Positions 45,912-54,593 of a stretch of DNA of 62,989 nucleotides are shown in pieces; positions within the stretch are counted from its first letter, which is position 1, and each line of letters begins with the position of its first letter. Source of the stretch: an uncultured Patescibacteria group bacterium (GTDB lineage: Bacteria > Patescibacteriota > JACMRA01); assembly GCA_938017575.1 (NCBI GenBank), contig CALIJC010000009.1, forward strand, positions 1 through 62,989, given 5' to 3'. Below the pieces are notes generated by a model. That model was not told where the DNA came from. It was given only the letters and a program-made list of their open reading frames with translations, and did no database searches. A program made the position numbers and the translations under genes.

Positions 45912-48485
45912 TTAAACCACACTACCACTGACAACACTATCTGATTTATGTAGTCTAATAACCTTGATTCCTTGTGTATTTCTACCTAATTGACTGATGT
46001 CTTCTGGAGAGATTCTAATAGTAACACCTTTTTTGGTAGTAACAATCAAACTTTCTTCTTGGCCATCTAAAATTTGCACCAATACTGGTTTCCCTGTTTT
46101 CTTGGTCATGTTTAGAGTTTTGACTCCACCAGCAGCTCTCTTGGTTTTCCTGTAGCCATCTAAATATGTTTGTTTTCCAAATCCATTCTCAGTCACAACC
46201 AATAGAGAAGGGTAGGCTTTGTCTCCTGATTTCTCATCCTCAACCAAGGCATTATCTTTTGCATCACCCTCAGCCTCGTCGCCGCTAGCAAAGTTGAAAT
46301 TAGCGATCTGTAAACTAATTATATGATTATCTTTCTTGAGTCTCATTCCTTTGACACCTTGGGCAGTTCTACCAAGCGGGTTTAATTGTGTTCTATCAAA
46401 AATCACAGTCTTACCATTGTCAGCCGATAGAACAATCTTATCCTCATCGCTAGTAGATAAACATACAGCCATTACACGGTCATCGTCTTTTAATCCAATT
46501 GCAATAATTCCAGTTTGTCGCACATTTTTGAAATCGCTCAATTTAGTTCTCTTCACTAATCCATTATTGGTTGCAAAGATAATTGAACCTTGTTGATCTT
46601 CTTCGATTTCTTTGGTTACGGTTAATATTGTGCTAATATTTTCACCTTCACGTAAATTAAAGTAATTAATCAAAGCTTGACCTCTACCAACACGTGAACC
46701 GCTAGGCATTTCAAACACACGAGTTCTAAACACTCTACCCAAATTAGTAAAGGCGTAGATGTAATCATGTGAATTAGCAATCATGCTAGCTTTGACCCAG
46801 TCTTCGTCTTTTGGATTGAAACTAGTAACTCCAACACCGCCTCGACCTTGCTGCCGGAAATTGGTAATAGGGAGTACCTTGATGTATTGTGATTTAGTTA
46901 GTTGAATCAAAACTGTTTCATCCACAACAAAATCTTCTTTATTGTAATCGCCGACTTTGTGCTCAATAATTTCGGTTCGACGTGGAGATTTTAATTTGTC
47001 ACCCATATCAGTTATTTCCTTGGTAATCAAAGCTTTTTTCACTTCTGGGTTTTCCAAAATTTCTTTTAATTCACCGATTAGTTTCAATTTTGCTTCTCGC
47101 TCATCTTCTATCTTGGATTTGTCCAAATTAGTTAGAGTCTGTAGTCTCATTTGCAAAATAGCTTCGGCCTGCCTCTCAGATAATTTAAATCTTTCCTGGA
47201 GTTTTTTGCTAGCTTCTTCTTTGTCGTAAGAACCTCTGATTAGTTTAATTACCTCATCAATGAAATCTAGTGCGATTTTCAAACCATCCAAAATATGCAG
47301 TTCATCTTCAGCCTTTTTAAGGTCATATTTTGTTCTTCTGACTACAACTTCATCTCTATGAGCTAGGTATTCTTTGAGGATTTCAACCAAGGTTAGTAAT
47401 TTTGGCTGGCGACCTCGGTTGACCAAAGCTAACATGTTGAAATGCAAATTGGTCTGTAAATCTGATAGTTTGTACAGCTGATTCAAAATAACCTCAGGGC
47501 TAGCGTCTCGTTTACATTCGATAACAACTCTGATTCCATCTTTGTTAGATTCATCTCGGATATTTCTAATCCCAGTAATTCTCTTGTCATTAACTAATCC
47601 GGCAATTTTAACCAACAAATCAGCTTTGTTAACCTGGTATGGAATTTCGTGAACAATAATTCGGTTTTCAGTTAGTTCAACTTTGGAACGCAAAGCGCAT
47701 TTTCCTCGACCAGTTTTGTAGGCGTTTAAAATATCAGATTTTCCATAAATAATACCTCCTGTAGGCACATCTGGTCCTTTGATAAATTCCATCAAATCTT
47801 CGGCAGTAGCTTCTGGGTTGTTGAGCAAGTGAATTATCGCACCAATAACCTCATTTAGATTGTGTGGTGGAACTTCAGTGGCCATTCCAACAGCGATTCC
47901 AGTTTGACCGTTGACGATTAGGTTAGGGAATAAAGCTGGTAAAACCTGAGGCTCTCTTTGGCTGGCGTCATAGTTATCAACGAGGTCTACTGTGTCTTTC
48001 TCAATATCCTGGACAATAAATGTAGACGGTTTACCCATTCTACACTCGGTGTACCTCATACTCGCTGGGTTATCTCCATCGATTGAACCAAAATTTCCTT
48101 GACCATCAACTAATGTGTATCTGACTGAAAAATCCTGAGCTAAACGAGCTAGCGCGTTGTAAACAGAAGCGTCTCCGTGAGGGTGATATTTACCCAAAAC
48201 ATCTCCAACTACACGGGCACATTTCATGTATTTACTACCTGGAGTTAGGTTTAGTTTGTGCATTGCGTAGATAATTCTACGGTGAACTGGTTTTAGTCCA
48301 TCACGCACATCTGGAAGAGCACGGGAAACAATAACGCTCATAGCATACGATAGGTATGATGTCTTCATTGTTTCTTCAAGCATCTTTGGCTCGACCCGGT
48401 CTTCTAAAGATTGTCCGATAATATCTTCAACTGAATTATCTCCTTCATTTATTTGATTGTTCTCAGTAGTTACCTCGTTTGACAT
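45912..48485 (-). CDS. gyrA: DNA gyrase subunit A
   Basis: AMSVIVSRALPDVRDGLKPVHRR, YHPHGD, active-site region, C-terminal beta-pinwheel repeats. 857 aa. Confidence 0.98.
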   Translation of the reverse strand: MSNEVTTENNQINEGDNSVEDIIGQSLEDRVEPKMLEETMKTSYLSYAMSVIVSRALPDVRDGLKPVHRRIIYAMHKLNLTPGSKYMKCARVVGDVLGKYHPHGDASVYNALARLAQDFSVRYTLVDGQGNFGSIDGDNPASMRYTECRMGKPSTFIVQDIEKDTVDLVDNYDASQREPQVLPALFPNLIVNGQTGIAVGMATEVPPHNLNEVIGAIIHLLNNPEATAEDLMEFIKGPDVPTGGIIYGKSDILNAYKTGRGKCALRSKVELTENRIIVHEIPYQVNKADLLVKIAGLVNDKRITGIRNIRDESNKDGIRVVIECKRDASPEVILNQLYKLSDLQTNLHFNMLALVNRGRQPKLLTLVEILKEYLAHRDEVVVRRTKYDLKKAEDELHILDGLKIALDFIDEVIKLIRGSYDKEEASKKLQERFKLSERQAEAILQMRLQTLTNLDKSKIEDEREAKLKLIGELKEILENPEVKKALITKEITDMGDKLKSPRRTEIIEHKVGDYNKEDFVVDETVLIQLTKSQYIKVLPITNFRQQGRGGVGVTSFNPKDEDWVKASMIANSHDYIYAFTNLGRVFRTRVFEMPSGSRVGRGQALINYFNLREGENISTILTVTKEIEEDQQGSIIFATNNGLVKRTKLSDFKNVRQTGIIAIGLKDDDRVMAVCLSTSDEDKIVLSADNGKTVIFDRTQLNPLGRTAQGVKGMRLKKDNHIISLQIANFNFASGDEAEGDAKDNALVEDEKSGDKAYPSLLVVTENGFGKQTYLDGYRKTKRAAGGVKTLNMTKKTGKPVLVQILDGQEESLIVTTKKGVTIRISPEDISQLGRNTQGIKVIRLHKSDSVVSGSVV

Positions 48486-48491
48486 TCCCTA

Positions 48492-48520
48492 ATCCTGGCA
48501 CCGAGGCTGTTTTTTGTCAA
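48492..48520 (-). promoter_or_regulatory. Candidate promoter TTGACA-N17-CAGGAT, 6 nt from the gyrA ATG (weak -10 box)
   Basis: The geometry matches the other leaderless-type promoters in this window. The -10 hexamer is poor. Confidence 0.35.
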
Positions 48521-48555
48521 TAGGATGAAAAGAAATTTAACGATTTCCTAATTCC

Positions 48556-48903
48556 AAATTGCCCACCGCTTTGTAACTTTTTAGTTATTTTTCAGAGACG
48601 ACCCTGGCTTTGAAAAATAGCGTTAAGAAAAGTTACTCTAGGTCTGGGATCCCAAAAAATCTAAGATTTTTAAGGTGCCCTGGTCTGGTTTTATGTAACT
48701 TTTACCTCCTAAAGTGACTTTCAGAAGTATTTTAAGAAATATATTAAATAGCTTAAGTTATAAACTAAAGATAATTTTATTTAATACTTTTGCTATCAAA
48801 AGTATTACAAAACTACTCTTAATTATAGATTTATTAACGTAATTTCTCTAATCCAGAGTCGAATCAGAGAAACCACTAAAATCTATAAAGGCAGAGGGCA
48901 AGT
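48556..48903. mobile_element. MITE-like element, full copy (about 345 bp)
   Basis: Type-2 arm at 48561: gcccaccgctttgtaactttttagttatttttcagagaCGACCCTGgctttgaaaaatagcgttaag. The inverted type-1 arm ends ..gattcgactctggatt.. / ggcagagggcaag at 48891-48903. The interior contains the perfect hairpin aatacttttg ctat caaaagtatt. Confidence 0.65.
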
Positions 48904-48930
48904 GGAACAAAAAAAGAAAGAATTAAGCTG

Positions 48931-48959
48931 TTGACAAAGTCTGAAAAATAGGGTAAGAT
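48931..48959 (+). promoter_or_regulatory. Promoter TTGACA-N17-TAAGAT
   Basis: TTGACA at 48931-48936 and TAAGAT at 48954-48959. Confidence 0.65.
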
Positions 48960-48965
48960 TTGTAC

Positions 48966-49238
48966 ATGACTTGAGGTGGGTTTACCTTTATCGCAGTCCC
49001 ATTTGTTGGGGATCTTAGGCGAGCCAGTCACAAAACTGGTCACAATACATGTAGCTCATTTTCCGGGAAAGTTATCATGACTAGCTGTCATACGGTAGTG
49101 TGTATTCTACCAGCCCCCGTGCGATAACAAAGGCATAGTCTAATTATGTTGACTAATCAGTCCGGGAACAGTCCAGAAAGTTCCACCCCGTCATACCAAA
49201 TACCCTGTTGCAATCTAGCTCAGGGTATTTATCATTTT
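48966..49238 (+). ncRNA. Candidate structured RNA of about 270 nt, class unknown, upstream of der
   Basis: Visibly GC-richer than its flanks. No credible ORF: the track ORF from 49208 is only the der upstream extension. Closing helix: 48966-48970/49190-49194 plus 48975-48979/49183-49187. Second long-range helix: 48985-48995/49120-49133. Local hairpins: 49024-49039, 49094-49111 and 49136-49155. Terminator hairpin ataccctg/cagggtat (49200-49228) followed by ttatcatttt. Confidence 0.55.
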
Positions 49239-49294
49239 ATATATTTTCTATTCTGTTGACATTTTTGCATATCTATGACAGGTTGATTATTAAT

Positions 49295-51259
49295 ATGACC
49301 CAACCTAAAATCCCAACTGTTGCCTTGTTTGGATTACCTAATTCTGGTAAATCAACACTTCTCAACAGATTAACTGAATCTAAAAAAGCCATTGTTGCTC
49401 GTGAGGCTCACACAACCCGTGATATTAATTATGGTGAGGTTGAGTGGGATGGTTACTATTTCAAATTAGTTGATACAGGTGGTTTGGTGCCGGATCCCAA
49501 AGACAAAATTCAAAAACAAATCCAAATAAAATCTTGGGTGGCTCTGGAGCAAGCTGATATATTAGTATGGGTAATCGATCGCAAACAAAACCCAGAAACT
49601 ATTCATGAATCCATAATCCAAAGAGTTTGGAAAACAGGTAAACCAGTCACAATTTGTATTAACAAAGTAGACGATCCCAATATGGACGCCAGTGTCGGAG
49701 ACTACGCCCACCTCGGAGGTTTTGATTTTGTGAATATTAGTGCTACTACCAGCTATGGTACGGACAAACTACTCGATGGAATTATCAAAAAAATGGGTGA
49801 ATTAGGTTTTGAACCAGTTTCTCACCAAGAACTACCAAGCGATCAAATACTAGATAGTAAATATAAAAAAAAGAAATCCAAAAAGCTAACTCGAGACAAA
49901 GAAGGCAATTTTGTAGTCTTGCGTGAAAATACCGAAGATGGGCCAGGTCTGTTTTATTCCAGCCAAGAATCTCAAATCGTTAACCCAATTGATAACATTA
50001 TTACCGATATTGGTGGGGTAGTGACTGCTGATAATATCATCAACGAAGAGTACGTCGAGCAATTAAAATCCCTCAAAGAAAGCGGAGCTAGTTTATATTA
50101 TTTAACAACCTTCACCCAGGTACAATTAGACCCAATCATCGAAAAACTTCCTGATTTGTTTGATGGAGGTTTATGCAAGGATGATACCAAATGGACAAAA
50201 CCTGATCCGTACGTTTACCGTGAGCTAGCTGAAAAGTACAATTTTGAACCTAGTAAATCTATTTTTATTGACGACAGTCAAACCAATGTTGTGGCAGCTA
50301 GAGAAGTCGGTTTTTTTGGGATCCATTATCTATATGGCAAAACAAATATCTCAGCTATTTACGAAGAAATTATTTCAGGGCAATTAAACAAAATTCCAAA
50401 CCCTCCCAAAGTCCTTTTTATCGGTAAGCCAAATGTAGGAAAATCAAGCCTGTTTAATAGTATGATTGGTGAGGAAATTCAGATTGTAACTGACGTAGCT
50501 GGTACTACAATTAGCGTAAATGATACTCTATTAAACCGTGAGGTGTTTCATAATTTCCGGTCCGAGGATGGGTTTGTTAATATTTCCACTCCAGTTTCCA
50601 AAGACTACGTACTGCTAGATTCTACCGGAGTTCGTAAACCTGGGCAAAGAACCATGGGCGCTGAATCATTTGCCACCTTTAGAACTATTCAAGCAGCTCA
50701 CGAGTCAGACGTAATTTGTCTAATCATGGACGCTACAACACCTTTGACACACCAAGATCAAGTTGTCGCAGGTATTTGCCAAGAAGCAGGTAAGGGTATT
50801 GTTTTGGTAATAAATAAAATGGATATTGTTGATGCCGAGCAAAAACAGGCCTTTTTGAAAAGTTTCCACCATAAATTCGCCTTCTTGAAAATCGATAACA
50901 CAGTATTTGTTTCAGCCAAAGAAAATATTGGCATGAGAGAATTATGGCAATCAATTGATTTGGCACTGGAAGACAGGAAAAAAACCATCTCCAGAGAGCA
51001 GGTTCGAAAACTTTTCAATTACCTGATGAAAAAAAAGAGGCCAAACAAATTACGAAACAAAAAACGACCTGTCATCTACGATTTATTGTACAAACAGTCC
51101 AGCCCGCCAACTTTTGAATTATTAGTCAAAGACAAAGAAGCAATTCACTGGTCATGGGTCAGGTTTCTAGAAAACCAAGTCCGCCGACAATTCCGTTTCA
51201 CAGCCTCTGGAGTCAAAATCAAACTAGTAGAGGTAGACAGAAAAAACGTAGCTAAATAA
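49295..51259 (+). CDS. der: Ribosome-associated GTPase Der/EngA with a roughly 200-aa inter-G-domain insertion carrying a HAD-like domain
   Basis: ATG at 49295 (MTQPKIPTVALFGLPNSGKSTL). GD1 has INKVD. GD2 has GKPNVGKSSL and INKMD. C-terminal KH-like domain. Insert at about 49805-50407 with HAD-IA-like motifs IITDIGGV, LYYLTT, TKPDPYVY and IFIDDS. Confidence 0.9.
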   Translation: MTQPKIPTVALFGLPNSGKSTLLNRLTESKKAIVAREAHTTRDINYGEVEWDGYYFKLVDTGGLVPDPKDKIQKQIQIKSWVALEQADILVWVIDRKQNPETIHESIIQRVWKTGKPVTICINKVDDPNMDASVGDYAHLGGFDFVNISATTSYGTDKLLDGIIKKMGELGFEPVSHQELPSDQILDSKYKKKKSKKLTRDKEGNFVVLRENTEDGPGLFYSSQESQIVNPIDNIITDIGGVVTADNIINEEYVEQLKSLKESGASLYYLTTFTQVQLDPIIEKLPDLFDGGLCKDDTKWTKPDPYVYRELAEKYNFEPSKSIFIDDSQTNVVAAREVGFFGIHYLYGKTNISAIYEEIISGQLNKIPNPPKVLFIGKPNVGKSSLFNSMIGEEIQIVTDVAGTTISVNDTLLNREVFHNFRSEDGFVNISTPVSKDYVLLDSTGVRKPGQRTMGAESFATFRTIQAAHESDVICLIMDATTPLTHQDQVVAGICQEAGKGIVLVINKMDIVDAEQKQAFLKSFHHKFAFLKIDNTVFVSAKENIGMRELWQSIDLALEDRKKTISREQVRKLFNYLMKKKRPNKLRNKKRPVIYDLLYKQSSPPTFELLVKDKEAIHWSWVRFLENQVRRQFRFTASGVKIKLVEVDRKNVAK

Positions 51260-51454
51260 TCACAATCTCCACAAATGGAACCCGAAGATTTTCTTTGAAA
51301 ACTTCACCCTTTGTAGAGGCCTTAGGAATAAGAATAACATTTTAACATAATAAATCTGACCAAAATTTTGTTTAAGCATAGACTCAATTTCATAATTAAT
51401 AAATCCGCAAAATACGCTTTTCATTCCGGACTACGATCGGGAATCCAAAAAAAT

Positions 51455-51491
51455 TATAAAATAAAACCGACCTTTCATTACAAAAAGTCGG
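51455..51491 (-). terminator. Minus-strand terminator after the L,D-transpeptidase-like gene
   Basis: The minus strand reads ccgac tttttgtaatgaaag gtcgg followed by ttttatttt. Confidence 0.55.
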
Positions 51492-51521
51492 CAAGTTGAG
51501 GATTTATAGATTCCTCTAATC

Positions 51522-52307
51522 TTAGTCTAGGACAACCAGCTTGGGGTTTACTCCTCCCAGATGATTTCTCATCAAGAAAGTGTATAATGCCCAAACATCC
51601 CACCAGCCCATTCGGATACATCCGTGAGACTTATAGACTTGAGCAACTGTCTCGGGAGGTCGAGAACAACCAGGCGATTGACCCTGGAGAGGATTGTCCC
51701 CAAAGTAGTCAACTGGATTTGAATTTTGCAAATACTCCGCTTGCCGAGACTTAGAACACAAGCTCACATTGCTGTGGAATGCATTCACAAAGTCTCCCTT
51801 CCGTAAAGGTCTATTATCCCCCTCCGGCTTGAAAAACATCGTACACCATGTGGCGTGCGTCCTGTTCCCCCATGGAACTAGATCTACAAATTGTTCAGGA
51901 ACCTTTTTCTGAGTTCCTTCCAGGAGAGAGTATTTGTATATCTTACAAAACCCCTCCGAATTGACTTCACAGTCCTTACCACCATCGCCAGTAGCAACTG
52001 TTTTTGGAATTGGCATAGTCCGCCAATCGAACTGATACCGACCAGGCTGGATTCGGTAGGTTCTGTTCTGGGTCGGGCCCATGAATGGGTATCTGGTGAT
52101 ACCTCCAGCACCATTGTTAACCCAAATCTCGAGCCGCTTTTGACTGAGAAAGACTGTAGGTTTGTCAACAGAGTACACAACATCTGGAATTCCAGACTGA
52201 GCTGCAGCAGCTCGGGTGAATGAATCAAAGATCTTGGGAGCAGCTGCAGATGCCGCCCCCAATCCTAGAAATTTAAGAAATTTTCTTCTAGAAAGTTGGG
52301 TGGACAT
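51522..52307 (-). CDS. Tat-signal protein with L,D-transpeptidase (YkuD)-like catalytic motif
   Basis: Twin-arginine signal SRRKFLKFLGLGAASAAA. SHGCIRM near the C-terminus. SD caggagga. Visibly GC-rich. Confidence 0.6.
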   Translation of the reverse strand: MSTQLSRRKFLKFLGLGAASAAAPKIFDSFTRAAAAQSGIPDVVYSVDKPTVFLSQKRLEIWVNNGAGGITRYPFMGPTQNRTYRIQPGRYQFDWRTMPIPKTVATGDGGKDCEVNSEGFCKIYKYSLLEGTQKKVPEQFVDLVPWGNRTHATWCTMFFKPEGDNRPLRKGDFVNAFHSNVSLCSKSRQAEYLQNSNPVDYFGDNPLQGQSPGCSRPPETVAQVYKSHGCIRMGWWDVWALYTFLMRNHLGGVNPKLVVLD

Positions 52308-52351
52308 CGTGCTCCTCCTGTATATGGTAATATATCCTCAACTATGCCTAA

Positions 52352-52380
52352 ATTATAGCATAGTTTTAGCCTATTGTAAA
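52352..52380 (-). promoter_or_regulatory. Promoter TTTACA-N17-TATAAT
   Basis: The reverse complement reads TTTACA ataggctaaaactatgc TATAAT. Confidence 0.65.
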
Positions 52381-52575
52381 GAGTAAAAACCCTCAAACCT
52401 CTTTCTTTTTAGCTGATATTTATGCAGAGTCTATCTAAAAATTTTAATTGCTATTAGTAGCTGCGAAATCCATTTTTTTAAATCAAATTTATCTCATTTT
52501 TTCAAGGGATTAACATTAATTTTATAGCTACAATAAGACTTTTACCTAGAAGTCGGTTATTACATTAATTTGCAT

Positions 52576-52834
52576 GGATTCCCAGTCAAGCTGAGAATGA
52601 CTTTATGCTTTGTCACTGCTTATTATAGCTTGTCATTCCAGACTCGACGGGCTTCCAGCAACAACTACGAAGTAGCTTTGTAGGGGTTTAGTCACGATCC
52701 GGAATCCAATATTTAGTTATCTGGCGGATCCTGAATCAAGCTCAGGATGACTTATTTATTAAGCGTTTTCGTGGATTCCCAGTCAAGCTGAGAATGACAT
52801 TGAATTTTGTCATACCAAACTTGATTTGGTATCC
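52576..52834. repeat. Cluster of at least 6 GTCAT...GGATYC palindromic hairpin units
   Basis: ggattcccagtcaagctgagaatgac occurs twice (52576-52601 and 52773-52798). Also present: ggatcctgaatcaagctcaggatgac, gtcattccagactcgacgggcttcc, gtcacgatccggaatcc and gtcataccaaacttgatttggtatcc. A related single unit lies at about 51424-51447. Confidence 0.65.
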
Positions 52835-52930
52835 AGTTTATAAAAAAAGATATAAAAAAAAACGACACATAGATTAACTATATGCCGTCAGTAGGGAACA
52901 CTATTTCAAATTCAGACACATGGTCTAATT

Positions 52931-54172
52931 CTAAAATAAGTTCGCGGGCTTCTCCTGCTTTCGTACAGGGACACTCTGAACAGTTCTGCTAGGTGGGTTT
53001 ACCACCGAGTTGTCCTGTGCTGGAGGCTGGCTCCGAACAGGTTGACGCTGTACAGGTGTTCGTCGAGTTACAGGCTGCCGTTTAATTTGGCGCTGCGGAG
53101 TTCTACGAACCTGAACCGTGCCGTCGACACAGTCTGAGAAGTTGGTGTCGCCTTGCGCCACCATCTCGTCTACAATAGACTTAGCTAATGCTGCTGCATC
53201 AGCCAAAGACTGGCCATCTCGACCCTTGATTCCGCGAGACCTAATGTCTGCGGTTAATAGCCGCTCCATTCTGGTATACATAATCCGTCTTGCGACTGGA
53301 TTATGGGCATGCCTCGAGAGGCGTGCCAAGCCGGATTCGGCCTTGGAGATGATGATCTCAGCAAGGAGTTCCTGCTGTGAAGGGTGGATCATTCCGGCGG
53401 TTGCCCGTCCGAAATTAAACCCTCCCAGAAAACCTGCATCTACACCAACGTTAGTCGAAGTCTTGCCATCGGCAATGTTGTACTTGACATACTTCGGGCC
53501 AGATCCTGGAATACAGATGATATCACCAATGGTGCTACCATTGCTGTCACCGAAGTTGGTGACATTGGTACGGTTACGAGAAAACGATCTAGCGTCAGTT
53601 TCCCGACTGCTAGAATCTGTGACATTCAAGTTCACATCACCGGCGTTAACGTCACCTTGTTTAACACCGACGTTGTTCTCGGAGTTTGTACCAAGGTTAT
53701 TGTCACCAGTCCGGGTAGGCCCGGTTGTAACATCAGTCTTTGAAGACTGGCCAAGTGAGTTATTAATTGGTCCACTACCAGAGTTGATATCTCCGATAGT
53801 TGTACCAGCATTGATGTTGTTTTCATTATGACCATTAAGGCCATTTTTTATGTCAGTAACACTAGCATCATGTTGGTTCAGGGTCGAACTTGCCCCAGAC
53901 TGAGACTTTGGACTAAATGCACCATCTCCACCAACAGAAATGTCATTCTCGTTATTCGAAGACTGACCCTGTTGGGTCTTGATGAACTGCTGGTACTCCA
54001 GCCACTGCTGTGGCGTGAGAGTGTTTGTGTTGCCATTATGATTCTCAGAGTGCTGTCCTTGCTGGACTCCACCTGCATTAGCAGGTAACAATGAAGTGAA
54101 CAGGACTGTTCCTGAGGCAGCAACAGAGCAAAAGGTTACTCCAAGGATAGAAAAAAGACGTGTAGTTTTCAT
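52931..54172 (-). CDS. Secreted Asn/Gly/Ser/Thr-rich protein with Pro/Arg/Gln-rich C-terminus (hypothetical)
   Basis: ATG at 54172 (MKTTRLFSILGVTFCSVAASG...ANA) preceded by ggaga. Degenerate G-D-x-N type repeats (IGDINSGSG, TGDNNLGTN, KQGDVNAGDVNLNV, FGDSNGSTIGD). Chosen over five overlapping ORFs in other frames. Confidence 0.65.
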   Translation of the reverse strand: MKTTRLFSILGVTFCSVAASGTVLFTSLLPANAGGVQQGQHSENHNGNTNTLTPQQWLEYQQFIKTQQGQSSNNENDISVGGDGAFSPKSQSGASSTLNQHDASVTDIKNGLNGHNENNINAGTTIGDINSGSGPINNSLGQSSKTDVTTGPTRTGDNNLGTNSENNVGVKQGDVNAGDVNLNVTDSSSRETDARSFSRNRTNVTNFGDSNGSTIGDIICIPGSGPKYVKYNIADGKTSTNVGVDAGFLGGFNFGRATAGMIHPSQQELLAEIIISKAESGLARLSRHAHNPVARRIMYTRMERLLTADIRSRGIKGRDGQSLADAAALAKSIVDEMVAQGDTNFSDCVDGTVQVRRTPQRQIKRQPVTRRTPVQRQPVRSQPPAQDNSVVNPPSRTVQSVPVRKQEKPANLF

Positions 54173-54292
54173 GATTTTCTCCAACCCCCGTATAGGGGAA
54201 CGTGTATAGTGTGTAAAACAACTCAAAAAAAACTAAACAATCCCAAAGGTTACCCAGTGGCCTGCCTAGTTATGATTTTTCAAGTTACTCTA

Positions 54293-54321
54293 ACTCTACC
54301 ATATATTATACATCATGTCAA
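54293..54321 (-). promoter_or_regulatory. Candidate promoter TTGACA-N17-TAGAGT (divergent from the rpoD promoter)
   Basis: tgtcaa at 54316-54321 and actcta at 54293-54298 on the + strand. Confidence 0.45.
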
Positions 54322-54332
54322 TAGCTATTTTC

Positions 54333-54361
54333 TTGACAAATCTAGGAGATTTATTTAATAT
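54333..54361 (+). promoter_or_regulatory. Promoter TTGACA-N17-TAATAT for the rpoD-tsaE fusion gene
   Basis: TTGACA at 54333-54338 and TAATAT at 54356-54361. The leader is about 230 nt. Confidence 0.6.
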
Positions 54362-54593
54362 TTGTACTCAGAACAATAGATTTTTATGTTAAAACCTTCG
54401 CAAAGGTTAATTAATTTGGAGAGGTGCTAACAAACAAAAATTTCAGCTTGTCATTTTGACAGGTTCATATTTGTTTTATATAGCATTTATATCCTCATTA
54501 TTTCTGATTTCAATAATTAATAGATATTTTTTAAACTCATTTGCTTTCGCTCAAAGGCAAAATAAATCCTCATTTCCAACTCAATAAACAATT

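Noticed and set aside
48966-49238. Assigning the structured RNA to RNase P RNA, SRP RNA, tmRNA or 6S RNA
   Set aside because: I could not find the GGAAAGUCCGG and ACAGAA..CGGCUUA pairs of RNase P at appropriate separation. I found no GNAR-capped SRP helix 8 with GGAA/AGCA loops, and no tRNA-like 3' end with a tag ORF. The length does not fit 6S. The class is left open rather than forced.
51884-54123. Stacks of overlapping ORFs in other frames of the two GC-rich genes (51884..52228, 51891..52223, 53118..53831, 53384..53743, 53440..53625, 53632..53844, 53828..54088, 53878..54123)
   Set aside because: This is the same GC artefact. The chosen frames carry the Tat or Sec signal peptides, SD sequences and the SHGCIRM motif.
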